Shown piece by piece: positions 61,620 through 64,000 of a DNA stretch of 64,000 bases. The notes beneath the pieces were generated by a model, which was not told where the DNA came from, did no database searches, and was given only the letters and a program-made list of their open reading frames with translations. Made by a program: the position numbers and the translations under genes. Source of the DNA: Felis catus (lineage: Eukaryota). Each line of letters opens with the position of its first letter. Position 1 is the stretch's first letter. The stretch lies in the NCBI RefSeq assembly GCF_018350175.1, contig NC_058368.1, forward strand, positions 18,726,001 to 18,790,000, given 5' to 3'.

Positions 61620-62760
61620 AAAAACCCTTACTTCACACCATACACAAAAATTAAGTAAAAATGGATCCAAGACCTAAATATGAAAGCTAAAATTTTAAAA
61701 CTTCTGGAAGGAAGCATAAAAGAAAATCTACATGACACTGGGGTAGGGAAAAATTGGGAAATCACCCCAAAAATATGATCCACAAAAGAACTATTAAATT
61801 AGACTTCACCAAAATTAAAACCTTTTGCACTTCAAAAGACACCATTAAGGAAAAGAGAAGATAAGCCCCAGTATGGGAGAAAATATTTGTAAGTCATATA
61901 TCTGATAAAGGATTTGTATCTAGAACATATAAAGAACTTACAGAACTCAATCACAAGAAGATGAAAACCCAATATCTAAAATGAGACAAAAGATTTAAAT
62001 AGACATTTTGCCAAAGAAAATATGCAAATGGCCCCTAAGCACTTGAAAAGATGTTCAACACTAGAGCAATGCAAATTAAAGCCAAAATGAGAAAACACCT
62101 GACGCCCACTACAATGGCTATAATCAAAGAGTCAGATTGGAACAAGGCAAAGTAAATGTTGGCAAGTGTGTGGAGAAACTGGAACCCAGATACGTGGCTA
62201 GTGGGAGTATGAAATGATACAATCGTTTTGAAAAACAGTTGGACAGCTTTCTTTTTTTTTTTTAACGTTTATTTTTGAAGGAGAGAGAGAGTACATGCGA
62301 GCATGAGTGGGGGAGGGACAGAGAAAGAGGGAGACACAGAATCCGAAGCAGGCTGCAGGTTCTGAGCCATCAGCACAGAGCCTGATGCGGGGCTCAAACC
62401 GATGAACTGTGAAATCATGACCTGGGCCAAAGTCGGATGCTTAACCGACTTTGTTTCACATTATGCTACGTGAAAGGAGCAAGATGCAGAAAACTACCTA
62501 CTGATGACTCCATTCATATAAAATGTCCAGGTAAGGGCAATCTATAAATAAGCCAGAAAGCAAAATCATGTTTGTTTGGGTCTGGGGATTGAATGCAAAC
62601 TAATAAAAGAATCTTCTGAAAGTGGTAAAAAATTTCAAAATTGTATCTTGGTGATGGTTGTGCAATTCTATATATTTACTAAACATCATGTAATTGTACA
62701 TTTAACATGAATGGACTTATGATATGTAAATTATACCTCAGTAAAGCTGTTGAAAAAATA
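61620..62760 (+). mobile_element. L1MB/ME-like ORF2 end plus 3' UTR
   Basis: cacaccatacacaaaaattaa, catatatctgataaagga, ttatacctcagtaaagctgtt. Confidence 0.88.
62252..62450 (-). mobile_element. Can-SINE lacking its 5' head
   Basis: Ends at cttaaccgact; no TSD. Confidence 0.93.
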
Positions 62761-62875
62761 CTTCCTAAAAATGGAATTTTAATAAAAGCAAATAAACCCA
62801 AATTTGTATGCTTTAGTGGAGTACTCACACAAAGAGATTATTTCCAAATGACTTTAAAACTCAGTGATATTATTT

Positions 62876-63088
62876 GGGGCACGTGGGTGGCTCACTCAGT
62901 TGAGCGTCCGACTTCGGCTCAGGTCATGATCTCACAGCTCATGGGTTTGAGCCCTGCGTGGAACTGTGTGTTGACAGCTCAGAGCCTGGAACCTGCTTCG
63001 GATTCTGTGTCTTCCTCTCTCTCTGCCCCTTCACCACTTGTGCTCTCTCTCTCTCTCTCAAATATAATAAATAAACATTTAAAAAATT
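62876..63088 (+). mobile_element. Can-SINE
   Basis: Head, (CT)n and A-tail. Confidence 0.95.
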
Positions 63089-63177
63089 AAAATGTTAGTG
63101 ATAATTACTCTTTATTCCTTAGTAGCATGTCACTGAAAAGGAAAACAAACAAATAATTTTAAAAAGCTTAAATTCTT

Positions 63178-63296
63178 GGGGCACCTGGCTGGCTTATCAG
63201 AAGAGTATGAAACTCTTGATCTCATGGTCGTGAGTTCAAGCCCCATGGTGAGTGTAAAGATTACTTAAATAAGTAGGTAAGTTTAAAAAAAAAAAA
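63178..63296 (+). mobile_element. Short tRNA-derived Can-SINE
   Basis: TSD aaaaagcttaaa. Confidence 0.9.
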
Positions 63297-63389
63297 AAAA
63301 AGCTTAAACTTTTTAGTAAGCATAGTGTTGGTATAGTTCTAAGACTGTAATTTGGGCTGATAAAGCAGATAAGTGATTATATTTGTGTA

Positions 63390-63722
63390 TAGTTGACCCT
63401 GTAACAATGCTGGGGATGGGGTTGGGGGTTCTGAGTGTATAAAGAATCAAAAATCCCCCCAAACTCTGACTCCCCCAAAATTTAACACTGATAGCCTACT
63501 GTTGACTGGAAGCATTACCGATAACATGAACATTATCACATATTTTGCATATTTATATATATTATCTGCTGTATTCCTATAATAAAGATCTACAGAAAAG
63601 AAAATGTTATTAAGAAAAGCATAAGAAAAGAAAATACATTTTCAATACCATACTATACCCAAAAAAAGCTACGTATAAATGTGCCTATGTAGCTCAAACC
63701 TGTGTTTTTTTGGGGCCAACTA
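63390..63722 (+). mobile_element. Tigger2a-like TcMar MITE
   Basis: TIRs agttgaccct / ggggccaact with TA flanks; atagcctactgttgactggaagc. Confidence 0.85.
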
Positions 63723-64000
63723 TATTTTGAAAATGGGAATTTTCAGTGTGGAGGAAGGAGATACAAATGTGCAATCAATTATACTAAATTAAAAACGTTG
63801 TGGTCCCGAGTTTGAATTGGAATTAACAGTATGAATGAATGATCTCAAACATTTTTTTTCTAGCTTTGTCCATTAAAAATCCCAGTGAAAAATAACCTAT
63901 CCCGTAGTAACGAGCCTCCTAGAGCCCAGACTATGATCTCTGAATATAAAAACATTTTCTACTTTAAAGAATACATACTCTTTAAAGAAATGACTGATTC

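Noticed and set aside
1..64000. CRISPR array, rRNA or operon-like system
   Set aside because: Mammalian DNA; no regular repeat-spacer array or structural RNA gene seen.

Overview
Mammalian genomic DNA from a felid/feliform carnivore. About 29 tRNA-derived Can-SINEs (SINEC_Fc-type) are present, many with target-site duplications (TSDs). I cannot recognise any protein-coding gene; the window reads as intergenic or intronic sequence dominated by interspersed repeats: Can-SINE, MIR, L2, L1, MaLR/ERVL/ERV1 solo LTRs, and hAT and Tigger DNA transposons. A CpG-rich, largely unique domain spans about 17-24 kb, and an AT-rich pile of L1 fragments runs from about 56 kb to the end. The best-supported unusual observation is a templated insertion at 56.76-56.85 kb. 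It copies 74 bp exactly from a decayed L1 about 570 bp downstream, with junction microhomologies. Other leads are a four-half-site DR1/DR2/DR3 nuclear-receptor array at 21.0 kb, an orphan CpG-island-like promoter at about 22.5 kb, several splice-site-bounded candidate exons (possible unannotated transcript) and SINE-associated deletions. Repeat subfamily names are from recall of consensus sequences, not a database search. Motif and exon calls are unvalidated. I found no evidence for a wholly new biological system.
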